A stretch of DNA of 64,000 nt from Malacoraja senta. Lineage: Eukaryota. The notes under the pieces were generated by a model. That model did not search any database. It was given only the letters and a program-made list of their open reading frames with translations, and was not told the origin of the DNA. The stretch is taken from assembly GCA_038087875.1 (NCBI GenBank), contig CM075989.1, positions 22,012,001 through 22,076,000 on the forward strand, in the 5' to 3' direction. Positions 49,655 through 62,191 of the stretch are shown here, in pieces (position 1 is the stretch's first letter; each line of letters opens with the position of its first letter). A program made the translations under genes and the position numbers.

Positions 49655-49907
49655 ATCCCTCTTCCCATCAGAACTGCCCCCTCCATCGACTATTTTAAGT
49701 CAAGACTGAAAACCCATCTTTACTCTCAAGCCTTTCTTGACGTCCTCTGAGGGAGGGCTATATGTATGTATTTATGTATGTACTTAATCTATGAACCACT
49801 GTTGTATAACGTTAGTACCTCCAGCAATGTAAAGTACTTTGGTCAACGAGAGGTTTTTAAAAAAAAATTGCTATAGAAATAATGTGACTTGACTTGACTT
49901 GACTTGA
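49655..49907 (+). mobile_element. L2 LINE ORF2 end plus 3' UTR
   Basis: LPIRTAPSIDYFKSRLKTHLYSQAF; (GACTT)n tail. Confidence 0.85.
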
Positions 49908-50349
49908 AAAGGCGTTAACATTCATGACAGATGGCAAAGTTCCAACAACCAGTCTCTCCTCTCCCAACCCTTTAACATTGGCCTTTTAATAAGATTTGTC
50001 ATGAATATTCCAGAACTATCTTCCACAAAACTTTGATATCATCCAGATTTTGTGGACCAATTCTACCAGACTGATGCACCTTTGATATGGGCTACAAAAT
50101 CAGGCCCAGGTACACATGCCAAGGAGTGCAAGCACTTATTTCAGGAAGGTGATCTGCCCAAATGTAAATTGAGCCTGATTTCTATGGCCATGGATCCACA
50201 ATACATAGTCAAAGTTTGGTGTTATTAGTTCTATGTTTCCTGTTTTGCATGGCAATCAAATGGTGTGGTCAGAGTAAAACACCGTAAAAAGGAAATATCG
50301 CTGCTAAATCCATGTCAGGGCAGACGATTCAGAAGACAGTAGGAAAGCA

Positions 50350-50762
50350 TATAATAAAAACAAAGAACTGCAGAAGTGGGTTAATACACAGAAGAACACA
50401 AAGTGCTGGAGTAATCAGCAGGTCAGGCAGCATCGCTGGAGAACATGGGTAGGTGATGTTTCAGGTCAAGAGCCTTCTTCAGACTGATATTTTGGGGCAA
50501 GGGGGAGAAGAAAGCTGGAAAAGGGAAGAGGCAGGACAAAACGTGGCTGGCAAGGGAGGACACAGGCGAGAGAGGATGGATTTGATAGGCAGCTGGTTGG
50601 AGCAAAGACCACAGACAAGAAAGGAATGAAGGAGCGAGACAGGTTTGAAGAGTTGTGAATGGACACAAAGTGCTGGAGTAACTCAGCGGGACAGGCAACA
50701 TCTCTGGAGAAAAGGAAGAGGTGCTGTTTCAGGTCCAGACCCTTCTTCAGACTCAGTCTGAA
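50350..50762 (-). mobile_element. two Penelope-like 3' ends, the first with purine-rich UTR
   Basis: gtttcaggtc.aga.ccttcttcagact motif twice. Confidence 0.78.
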
Positions 50763-51005
50763 GAGTTGTGGATTGTGTGTGGTGGTGAGACCGGGTTACA
50801 ACATGGTCATAGAGCTGGAGAACAGCAGGAATGAGAGCAGAGAAGCAATGAGAGAGGGTCTCACCAAACACCCGTCCAAGAGGGGGGGAGAACTTCTTCA
50901 AAGTAGGCTTAGCTTGAGGAGTTTTTGCAGTGGAGCGGACAAAATGTAGAAACAAAGAATTGCAGATGCTGGTAAATAAACAAAAGGACACATAACATTG
51001 TCTTG

Positions 51006-51212
51006 AATGTTACTAGTGACATTAATTCAAACATTTAGCCATGGTTTCAAGTCATAATTAAATATGTCAAATTGTATTTTGCCATTATATGACCTGTACA
51101 TAGTTAAGAAACATTATTATTTGGATTTGAAGCACAGTCTGCTTGCTTGAAATATCAACTATTCTTGAAATTTATATCCTGCACCGTTGCAGATTATCAA
51201 AAACACAATTTT
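51006..51212 (+). repeat. 207-bp direct duplicate, copy 1 (copy 2 at 52822-53028)
   Basis: ungapped manual alignment, about 19 mismatches. Confidence 0.92.
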
Positions 51213-51279
51213 TAATTGACAGACGACATTGGGCCCTTAGTTAGGGAACTATTTCAACTAATATTTCAAGAACTAATCC

Positions 51280-51631
51280 ATAGGAGCAGAATTAGGCCAT
51301 TCAGCCCATTGAGTCTATTCTGCCATTCAATCGTGGCTGATCTATCATCCCCTCTCAACCCCATTCTCCTGCCTTCTCCCCATAACATTTGACACGCTTA
51401 CTAATCAAGAATCTGTCAATCTCCGCTTTAAATATACACAATGACTTGGCCTCCGCAGCTGTCTATGGCAATGAATTCCACAGATTCACAACCCTCTGAC
51501 TATAGAAATTCCTTCTCATCTACTTTCTAAAAGTACATCCTTTTATTCTGAGCCTGTGCCCTCTGGTCCTAGACTCTTCCACTCATGGAAACATCTGCTC
51601 AACATCCACTCTATCCAGACCTTTCACTATT
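51280..51631 (-). mobile_element. CR1 3' end (subfamily A)
   Basis: paralog of 21025-21474. Confidence 0.88.
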
Positions 51632-52659
51632 CGTTGAAAATTACTTGGCAACATTTCTGACACTTCCAAGGGACTTCTCTCTGCGCCATGGCCAATGTTG
51701 GATGTGATGGCCATTACAGTAGGCTGATGGACACAGTAAAATCCAATATGTCTGGAACATGTAATCTGATGATTCCAAGTTGTTTAAAGAGTACAAAAAA
51801 GATGAATGGCAACAAAGTCCATATGTTAAACAAACTGGAGGATAAGGCAAAGCCCCAGAAACATATACTGGAGCATCTGGTAAAATGAAGCAGCAGATCC
51901 AGCTGGATTGAAGTCAATGTTGAACACTTAAAATGTGGTTTGTGTTTAAAACGTCAAGCATTTTCTTTGATATTTACTGCTTCTTTCCCCGATAGTGATG
52001 GCATCTATTTACATTGCAAAATATGCCAAGATATATAAGAATGTATTGAATTTCTTACTGTGTATTCACCAAGGATTTAAACAGGTTTTCATTGATCTAT
52101 AGAAAGAGATAGCAACTGGCTCAAACTGTTCTATAATAAAGCTATTGCTATGTTTTACATAATTATTCAAGGCAAATCATTTTTGTTAGTTTATATTGAA
52201 GAGCGAAATCAGATGGGTTTCTAAGTAGCTTTTGAAATGTTGAATGTACCCTTTACCCGTGAGATCTCTGCAGAAGCAAGGTGTGTTTAAACCATCATTT
52301 TAATTACTGATTATAGCATGAACAGGAATGTTCTTTCAATGAAATATCAACTGACATCTTTTCACTTAGCTTTGTTCCTGATGAGGCTCCAGCAGAACTG
52401 CTCACGAAGAGTTGTCTGATTACACTTGGGCTCATCTTTAGGAGTTCAGAACCGCAAACGCTAATAAGTGCAACCTGAATCAAAATGTTACAAAATTATG
52501 ATTAGAGGTGACGTGAAATAAATCTGGTTCTCCACATATATTCCTGGACTCAGGTTCGATAATATCGCCCAAATGTTATGATTTCGCAAAGATGCATTAA
52601 TGTCTAAAAAGTAATACAAATACCGTCTATATCACTTGTTGGCTTTTCCATGACTCTCA

Positions 52660-52791
52660 GGCTGTAGAAGGGTCTCGACCCGAAATGTCACCCACTCCTT
52701 TTCTCCAGAGATGCTCTCTGACCCGTTGAGTTACTCCAGCTTTTTGAATCTATCTTCGGTTTAAACCAGCATCCGCAGTTCCTTCCTACAC
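52660..52791 (+). mobile_element. Penelope-like 3' end
   Basis: gaagggtctcgacccgaaatgtc...gttccttcctacac. Confidence 0.85.
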
Positions 52792-52821
52792 TCAATATAT
52801 TTTAATTGTATTTCAATGGAA

Positions 52822-53028
52822 AATGCTACTAGTGCCATTAATTCAAACATTTAGTCGTGGGTTCAAGTCGTAATTAAATACGTTAAATTGTATTTTTCCA
52901 TTACATGATCTGCACATAGTTTAGAAACATTATTATTTGGATTTGAACCACAATCTGCTTGCTTGAAATATCAACTATTCTTGAAACTTATACCCTGCAC
53001 CAATGCAGATTATCAAAAACACAATTTT
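52822..53028 (+). repeat. 207-bp direct duplicate, copy 2
   Basis: see 51006-51212. Confidence 0.92.
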
Positions 53029-53944
53029 ACAAGCAATATAATTATTTCAGAAGTTATTAAATAATTGCATGTTTGACTTTTAATTAAATACTTGCCTCCT
53101 TGTTGAAAGTTAATTGTAAACCAACCTGTTATTTCATCCACTAATGCACGTGGGAAATTCTACTGGACATTTAATGTTCATAGATTTTGCAGATGCATGC
53201 AATGAAACAGGGTCAGGAATGCATTCTGTCTGTCGTTTGATCTATGAATACAAACATATAAAACCACATGAAATTTAGCATTGCTGTAACAGTTTCTATG
53301 GTTAACCATGTGTCTTTCAAATGTTTAAAAAAAAAGCCCAGATAGAATAATAATCCCATGAGTGAAATTTTCAAACTGAAATTTAACAATTCAAGAGTAC
53401 AATTGATTACATCTTTGGCCTCTGGTGACACATTGACATTGCCCCCATGCTGCCTTAATGAGAATGGAAAGACTTTTTCACAGGTGAAATGGCCTCTAAT
53501 GTTCTGCATAAGAGTTTGAACAATTTTGGTATTGTATCCAAACTGACTGAAGTTGATCAGGTAATCTGATATGGGACAGAATAAACAGTTAGAATGATCA
53601 GAATACATTTTATTGTTTTTACTATTATTATTAATGCCATTGATATTATTATAATATTATTATTAATATCAACAATAATATTTTAATAATAGATTTTAAT
53701 TACAGACGCCGTCCATCTTGATTAAATTAATTAAAATCTACGGGCGTTTTAGGAAAATTAAGTTGACATTTCCACCAGACAGTACATAAACTAGAATGGC
53801 ATATCCTTTTTTTCTCAAGAACAAAATCCTGAGAAGATGTATTTCAAATGGTTAATTTGAAAGCAAAATTGTTATTTTGTGGAAAATTCCGTCACCCCAC
53901 AGCATTGTAGTTCAATACAATGTAATTGAGACAATCAAAGATTC

Positions 53945-54078
53945 TTCAGAAGAAGGGTCTTGACCCGAAACGTCACCCTATTCCTTCTCTCCAGAGATGC
54001 TGCCTGACCTGCTGAGTTACTCCAGCTTTAATATGTCTATCTTCGATTTAAACCAGCATCTGCAGTTCCTTCCTACAC
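53945..54078 (+). mobile_element. Penelope-like 3' end (last young TE in the window)
   Basis: gaagaagggtcttgacccgaaacgtc...gttccttcctacaca. Confidence 0.85.
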
Positions 54079-57000
54079 AATTAAGACCATCAATTTGCCT
54101 ATTCTTCCAATGGAGTTGCACAAAACACACGCAGAGAGGTTTTTTTGTTTTTTGTGACTCATTTGGCGGCGCACTCATGAACTAAACTGTGAGCTATGGC
54201 ATTGCACCTGGTGCAAGGCTCCATGTGTAAAATCCTGACTGAGGGAACAATCATTTATATCCAAGAATTTAACAGAACATTTCACTCTTTGCATCCACAT
54301 TTTCCATTCTTGTGTATTTATATGATAAATTAGCAGCCTTAAAACCCAAATAGGTTTCTTCCTCCCCCAACTAAAATATAGGCATGTCATAATTATGGCA
54401 CACATACATATTGATAATCTATTAACATTTTCTGTCCTATTTAATTCAATAGGAGATGGGGTATGGTCTATTGAAGGTGTAGGTAGAATATTGCTGGCAT
54501 AATATGTTAAACTATTTTAATGACTGAAATAGTCTTAGCACACATATATTAAAATGACAGATTTTTTTAAAGTAATAAGGGCAATGGGATTGATGCAGGA
54601 AAGCGCCGCTGAGGTAAAAGATCAGCCCTGGTCTTATTGAATAGTGAGGCATCCACAGAAGGGCCGAATGGCCTGTTTCAATTTCTTACACTTCTCGCAG
54701 GTCTTGGTCAAAACAGATTTACCAATTTGCGAGTTTATTAGCAGCGAAAGGGATATGTGTTTCGAGGTTGAACGAGGCATAGTAAAAATGAACCAACGCA
54801 TACAAGGCTCAGTTCGCAATGAAGTATCGGATATCTCCATTATGAATAAAAGTACTGTTAAATCACCTTCTCTGTTACATAATATTGTGTGCCAGTTTTA
54901 CAGCCACAGATATAGTATTTATTAAAAACATTCTGTTAAGAAATAAAACTCACGCACCGAGATATAAATCACATTTTCTATTGAAATTGATATTGCAAAG
55001 ATCTCCTATTTTCCCTTCCTTTTCACAATCTAAGTTTGGAGATGCTCAATTGCAAGGGATATGTTTTGAGGTACAGCCGTGCGTGAAAAACAACTCTGCC
55101 TGTTGTCCTTGTTCCCACATCTCTACACATGTTAAAACACAAGTTATGGAGTTTGACTCTAAATTGAAGGGTCGAAAATACGGACCTGAAAACAGCAGTT
55201 TCCAACGCAGCAAATTTACTGCCTGTCAGTGAATCAATAACTGTTCACAAAATTCACAGCGCAGCTACATTAAAGTAACTTTTCTTTTATCTTCCCGCCA
55301 GGCGATATATTCGTCAAGTGTCTTCAGCTCCCAGCCTTCCCTTCCCAAACGCCCCAAACCCCAGCTCGCTTAAATATCAGGCGGCAATCACGAAACAATT
55401 CTAATTACTTTGAAATATCAAAATGCTCCAAGTGGAGGAAACGTGATCGGGAACTGGGCTGCAAGTTCTGAGAGAGATATCGAGGAGAGAAAAAAATGTT
55501 TACAGGAGATGCGAGGAAGGTGACAGCCAGTTCTGTGAAACATCGATTGCTACATTGCATAAGTAAAGTTGTTATTTTGCTTCCCACTTTACCGCCGGCT
55601 TTTATTGTGGTCCCTAAACTCTTGCCATGAAGGATATGTTATACTTTCCTCTTACAGCGATTTCCATCACTGAAGAAGGAAAGTAGTTATACTGTACATG
55701 CATTCCTGTCGGCTGCTATTGATCATAAATCAGCGATTTGAATAATGTTCGCTTAGAATTAGAGGGTAAGCATAATATTTCAAATAAGGCAGCGCAGGAG
55801 AGAGCTGCTGTTTGTCCTTTAGACATAAATGCAAAGTTTGCCTGAAATAAAAAGCCAAATGGATCCACGTTGAAAAATACACGTTTTAATTATCTAAGGA
55901 AGCTGATTCGTGCATACATAATTTCTGATTTTGGGGAGAGAGAAAAAAAATACTAATTAAATCCAGTATCTGAGGACTTGAGATGTTTGATAACTAAAAT
56001 CTTCATCAGCAATTTATCTTCCTGTAGCATAAATTTACTGCAAAGCTGTGCTTTCATAGCTCTGACGAGTCCTATTAATCTTCTTCACCAAGTTTTCGAT
56101 AGGAGTCCACAGCTATTTGCGCCATGTGATCCACTAACATCTAAATTGTCATCTAGGACAGAAGGGATATTCTACCCCAGCCTAGTTATTTTGTACAGCT
56201 CGGAAGAGACGACATATGCAATCGAATCAAAACCTATTCTGTTTCGAAGTGGTCAGTGCTGCCATTCTATCTCACCCGGAATATATTTTTCTATGGTAAT
56301 ATAAATTCCAATCATAGAGGACCAGTCTCTAAGGATTGGAGAGCCGATGTGAACATAATTGTAGAAAATGCAAAAAAAACACCAAAAGTCATTATGAGGT
56401 GTTATGATGTCGATAATTAGTTACCATGTAACTGCAGAGCGATGTAATAAATCGCATCAATTGTAATAAATATGGAGATGGGAACGTTTCGACAATCAAG
56501 TTCCATGCGTTTGGAACAAGTTGTCTTTGGAGTATGAAGGAGGTGGGGAGAGTCGCAGTTCTGGGTTTGCCGAGAACTGGGTATGGAAGGTGACCGAAAA
56601 CTTCAGCCATTATCTTCTTCCAAAGAGCAAAACTGGGTCTTCCTTTAGAGAGAGAAAAAGAGAGTTGCATTCACCAGTACGTTGTTCCGCTGGCTCATAC
56701 TATGCAGTGAGGTGGGTCTGGAATCCTTTCTGGGGGTTAGGATATTTTGGAAATACAGAAAGAAATACAAAACTGTAAAATGACTGATCTTGTCTTTGCT
56801 GTTGTTAATTGGTGTTATGAGAACTGCTTAGCTCTGAATTATGAAAAAAAGCATCAAACGCACAATAAATGCGAGTCTTACGTTGTAACCGGATAGCAGT
56901 CATTCTAGACAGGGAATCGCAGAGCAACCCTATTGCAATGTCACGGCACGGCAGAGTCAGACTTATCTCTCACTATTATCACCCTAACAAACTACATCCA

Positions 57001-58411
57001 CTTTGGTTGTGAAGAGAAGAGGGAAGGGGAAAGGAAGAGATAGAAAAATCCTGGCGTTCTGCCTAAAGAGAAATCATTGAACAAATTAATCCTTCGCCGG
57101 TTAAATTGACATGGCAATCCATCATTGCTGAGCCAAACCTCTGAAAGCAATCTACTGCTCCGTGTACTCAGATTGGCCCTGGGGGCAGAGAGACAGATAG
57201 GGAAGGTGAGGGGGGGTGGGAGGAGAGGTCTAACCTGCACCTTTAAATGAACAACAAAGTATTTATGGAAGGAATGCAACAGCAAAACCCACACAAACAC
57301 ACACACACACGCGAGAAACGTAAAAGTTAAAGCATCCAAGTCGGTGACGAATGACAGTTAAAACTACAGTGATTTGAAGAAATTCAAAGCAGATATCAGG
57401 TGAAAACGGCCACTACACCTTAAATAAACAATGTGGTTATTGGGTTAAAAATAATGCACATTGTCCCTGCTCTTCTAGATTAGTAAAACAGAATTTAAAG
57501 AAAGAGACCAACATTTGGATTCAGATTTAACAGCAATAGAAGAATGGCAAAATCGTGCCTTGGGATGGACAATGAAAGACTGAGTTATCAATGAGATGAA
57601 AAGTGATGCAGGCAAGGAGAGAGAGTCCCACTGATTGAGTAATGAATGGCAGGGATATATTCATTGCACCATTATTGGTGGTTGTGTTGCAAGTGGGGAG
57701 CTGGGGCAAACGAGAGACTGATGACTTATTTAATACTTCACTGAGATCTATCTGAATTCTCGATTAATACAATTTGGGGTTTTGGGGGGGGGGGGAAGTT
57801 GGATGAGAGATGGCTGAGAGCGAGAGATGAGTAAAGTTGTCCGGCGCACAGCTATCCGGGGATACACGTAAAACCCATACCAATACATTAAGAGCAAAAA
57901 CACTGTAGAAACATGGCGTTTCCCAATAATTAAAGTGGACAGTGACAAATTGGTTTACATCGGTAACACAAATCGTGTCTGCAGTAGTTTAGAAGCAACT
58001 AGGAAAGTTAAAGAAAAGGTTTTGCAGGAGTATTTTTTTTAAAAGTTTACTATGTAGATTCACGCAATGCCAGTTACCATTGTCAAGATGTGAATAGTCT
58101 GGATAGGCACTCACTGCACAAATATACTAATTTTATCTTCTTTACTCAAACCTATGCTCAGTCCTCAGAATATATATCACTTTGTTAACCAAACTCTCAC
58201 TTTCCTCTGCCGCAAATCATTTTTCTGACAATCCCCGCTGACAGCCCTTGTTTACTGTTTGTTTCTTGTGTCTTTATGTATCGATTACATTCCCCTGCTA
58301 CCTTTCAACATCATTTATTGTGCAACGTAAAATGCGCCGTGTGTGTGTTCGGCTGCATTTATACATTCGGTATGGGATTGAATTAAGAACAATCACCAAA
58401 TATTACCAATA

Positions 58412-58412
<1 letters not shown>

Positions 58413-58485
<73 letters not shown>
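58413..58485. repeat. (TA)n microsatellite
   Basis: perfect TA run. Confidence 0.98.
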
Positions 58486-58489
<4 letters not shown>

Positions 58490-61400
58490 ATATGGTATGG
58501 GTGGGGAGGTTTCCTTTAAAAAAAAAGTGGACTCTGAAAATGAAGTACAATAAATCGTGGGGAGACGAGGAGAGGGGTGTTGGGGGTGCAAGAGAGAGGA
58601 GGGTTCATTGTGAATTTAGTTGTTGCAAAAATAATGCAGTAAAAACTTAATAACTTGAACAACTTGGGAGTTTACTTGCACAATAAACTATGACCGAAAC
58701 TCAATTGCAATATGATCCTTCAGTTTAAAACATATCAGTTAATCCTATATTTTCCCAATAAACCATACCTCAAAGAAGATTACGATGAGAGACCACCACT
58801 GGTTCTCTATCAGACATCCAGTTAAACATCAATCAGATGCTAGCTACATTCTCGCTTACTCTAAATCTTCCGCCCAGCCTTCAAACTCGATCAGTTTATT
58901 TTTAGCGTGTTCATTAGCCTGGTTAATCTTTGTTATATCTTGGGCCTGGATGGGTTAATCGGGGGCAGCAGCGTGAGGCCCGGGGTCAGAGGTGCCTATC
59001 CCAGCCTTGGCGCGGGCTGCTCGCTGGAAGGTGAGAGGAAACGCATTTTCCTCTCACACAAAACGCACACACCATCATCCTCTTCCACCTGCAGCTTGCA
59101 CTTTATCTCCAGGGAGTGCAAAACAGGAGATGACACTCTGCAAATCGCTAATTAGACTTTCCCAGATACCTCGGGATGCAGTTGCCTTTTTGCTTCTATA
59201 CAGCTTTACAGCTAAATATAGACGGAGTCTCAATTTGCTTAAAATGTTGTCTGGATTTGCTTCAGCAGTCATGTCGGTTTTTTTTCTAACGTGTTTATGT
59301 TTACATCAATGTTGTGACACTTAGTATTTATCCGTGGAATGCATTGGAATGTATGGATATACTGTATTCATATAGGGCTGTATATAATGGATCGTGCATC
59401 TTGCAACAGCATTCAAGGCAAACGAGTTCGATGTTCAAATCCCCGAATCTTCTATGGACGTCTCGTCCCTCGCCATCTCTTCCTGCCTTTCCATAATTTT
59501 ATAATACAGTCTTAGTTTTATCCCTGGTCCTCCACCTCACCCCCACAGTCAAGAATCGCTTCCTAATCAGTGTCTATTGATTTCCGCACCTCTTTTTTAT
59601 CCTGTTATCCCCACATCTGAAACATGCCTTTTTAAAACCTCTCTTTACACACAATGATTTACCCCTTTGCTCCGTTCTCACCAGCCGAAAACAATCGATA
59701 TGCCCGTGTTATTTGTGTGTGATCAGTAAATATTTAGTGTGGTGACATCTTCAGCATCCCTCCCAATCGATACAAGACCCAATAGACGGCATGTTGTAAT
59801 CTGTAGACAACCATTGTCTACTGTTCTCCACTGTGTACCTTTCAAGCATTTTTCTTTCTTTCTGTTCCCCGGTTAAGATCAATTTCTTCTCGCCTCAACC
59901 CCTGAGTCACGCCAATAAGCCCTCAGTACGACATGATATATAATAAACCGTATGTCTTGTTATCATCAACTTTCCATTCATGAAAAAAAATGTGTGCATC
60001 TTATCAAAGCGACACTATACATTACTACCTATTAACTTTATCCAAGTGCCTATGGTAATGATCCCAATTCAGTAGCGCCCTACACTCCAAGGACTATGCA
60101 TTGGCCAATAAATAAAATTGTGTAGTGTTTATTTCCGCCAATGCTGCATTTGGCTATTAAAATTGTTTATTTACGAAAGGTAATTTTTCACTATTGAAAA
60201 TTTCGCTATTGAATAAAGTTCGCACATCTGTCATTATTTGACTGCTGAAAATCATCTTAGGAATTAAATAGTCATTATTTCATATCCACTGCAGCGCTGT
60301 TGATGTTGTTTTTCATTGTCAACAGCCCTGGTGTGTTGTCTCATCGGCAACTACCTTAAATTATTGAATGTTTTACATGTTGCGCCTGATTCCATACAAT
60401 CAGTCGCTGTTGACTTTAAAAAAAAATTAAAGTATTAACTCAATATATTTAACATTATTTTTGGCTCAAACGAACCGTTTTGATTAAATGAAATACATTC
60501 TAGCTTCGTATTAAAGAAAAATATACGTTTCACGTATTAATGGCCTTATCACAATCTAACCTCAAGTCAATGAAAAAATTCAGTGTTACACACATTTAAC
60601 ACAGTTAGGTATGGAGACAGGAAACACCTCATAATAAGCAGTGGTCACATTATCAACAATTAAACCGGTGTTCCATATTAACGATAAGATTTATATTCAA
60701 TATACTTTAAATTGTTCCCCTTCGTTTGACAATTTTACTTATAACTTTCATCCTCTGAACACACCAATATTAGTTTTTAAAAGCACTGTGCTGTCCGTAT
60801 ATGCTATAGGTATATAATAATGTCCAGCAGAAATGGGTATGTGATGAGTGGCTTGAGATATCTATTGTGCCTTTGGAAGTGGCTGTGTGGAAAAGTGGTG
60901 GAGCGGCTAATACTGGCAAGATTTGGAAGTGCACATGTACTTAATGGTTTAATTGCAGCAGATTCCAACCCCAGAATCCGGAGGGTGAGCTGCAATCAGG
61001 CCAGAAATGTTTGCACAAGATTTTTCTCTTGAAAGAGCGCCTATGTGTCCATTGAAGGGCGCTGATCCGAAAAGACAGAGGGGACAAATAAAAATCGATC
61101 TGAAGCGACCCTGGCCGTCCTTTTCACACGACTCACACACAATCCCCCCTCAACTCGGCCAAGACAAAGGCCTGGGGCTGGAAGGATTCTCCACCAGCTA
61201 CAGATACCCTTTTGAAAACACGGAGATAATTTTACACTGGGCACAAACCATCACCAGATCTCGTCAAATCGCAAATAATTATTTACTCTTCTGCAAGCCG
61301 TTGATGGGGTAGGGCGGGGTGTTAAAATCTTTGGGAGAATGGCTCACTTTTATGCCCCGGGTCTGAAACAACTTCATAGGAGAAACATAGCAGGAATAAA

Positions 61401-61680
61401 TTAACTTTGACATAAAGTTCACTAAACTCCAGAAACCACACAAATCAGCCACTATAGGCGACGGGTAGAGGGGGGGGGGGGTGATTAGGGTGTTGATGGT
61501 AATTTTTTTTTTATCCCTCCTCTCCTTGTCTTATTGAAAGAGTCGCAGCGTATTTCTTGTTTTCAACTGAGACATGTACGTTTGGCCTTCCATCACCTTC
61601 ACCCAACCCCCCCCCCCACCCCTTCACCCTCCCCCATACCCAACCCCCCCCCCCCCCCCCCCGGCCAAAAAAGACCATAT

Positions 61681-61795
61681 ATTGGAAACTTTTACAAACC
61701 CGAACTGACCAGAGCAAAGCAGCGAAATTGCGCAGGAGATTGGTATTAGTGGCGGGGGTTTAAAAGGCGCGCATCGCATTCCACTGCACTTTCCC
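61681..61795 (+). promoter_or_regulatory. candidate Pol II core promoter
   Basis: inverted CCAAT at 61681 and 61739, GC box GGCGGGGG 61751-61758, TTTAAAA 61759-61765, Inr-like TGCACT with A at 61788; CpG-rich, TE-free context. Confidence 0.5.
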
Positions 61796-61904
61796 GCAGC
61801 TCAGCGATTATCGATAGGCCCATAAAGTTTAAACGTAAAGACTGAGCGAAAGTTAAATTGCAAATCGAAAGTACTTCCCTGCTTTTTCTGAATATTTATC
61901 TCAG

Positions 61905-61905
<1 letters not shown>

Positions 61906-61969
<64 letters not shown>

Positions 61970-61976
61970 GTCTCTC

Positions 61977-62015
<39 letters not shown>

Positions 62016-62091
62016 CTCTCTCTTGCTCTCTTCTCTCTCTCTCTCTCTCTCCTCTCTCATCTCTCTCTCTCTCTCGTCTCCTCTCTCTTCT

Positions 62092-62181
<90 letters not shown>

Positions 62182-62191
62182 TCTCCCTCTC
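61906..62191. repeat. (CT)n/(GA)n microsatellite, imperfect
   Basis: ~285-bp polypyrimidine tract. Confidence 0.97.

Noticed and set aside
50783..50866. 10-bp inverted repeat tggtgagacc / ggtctcacca
   Set aside because: Single occurrence, no TSD or family support.
58403..58591. ORF with poly-IY tract
   Set aside because: Translation of the (TA)n microsatellite.
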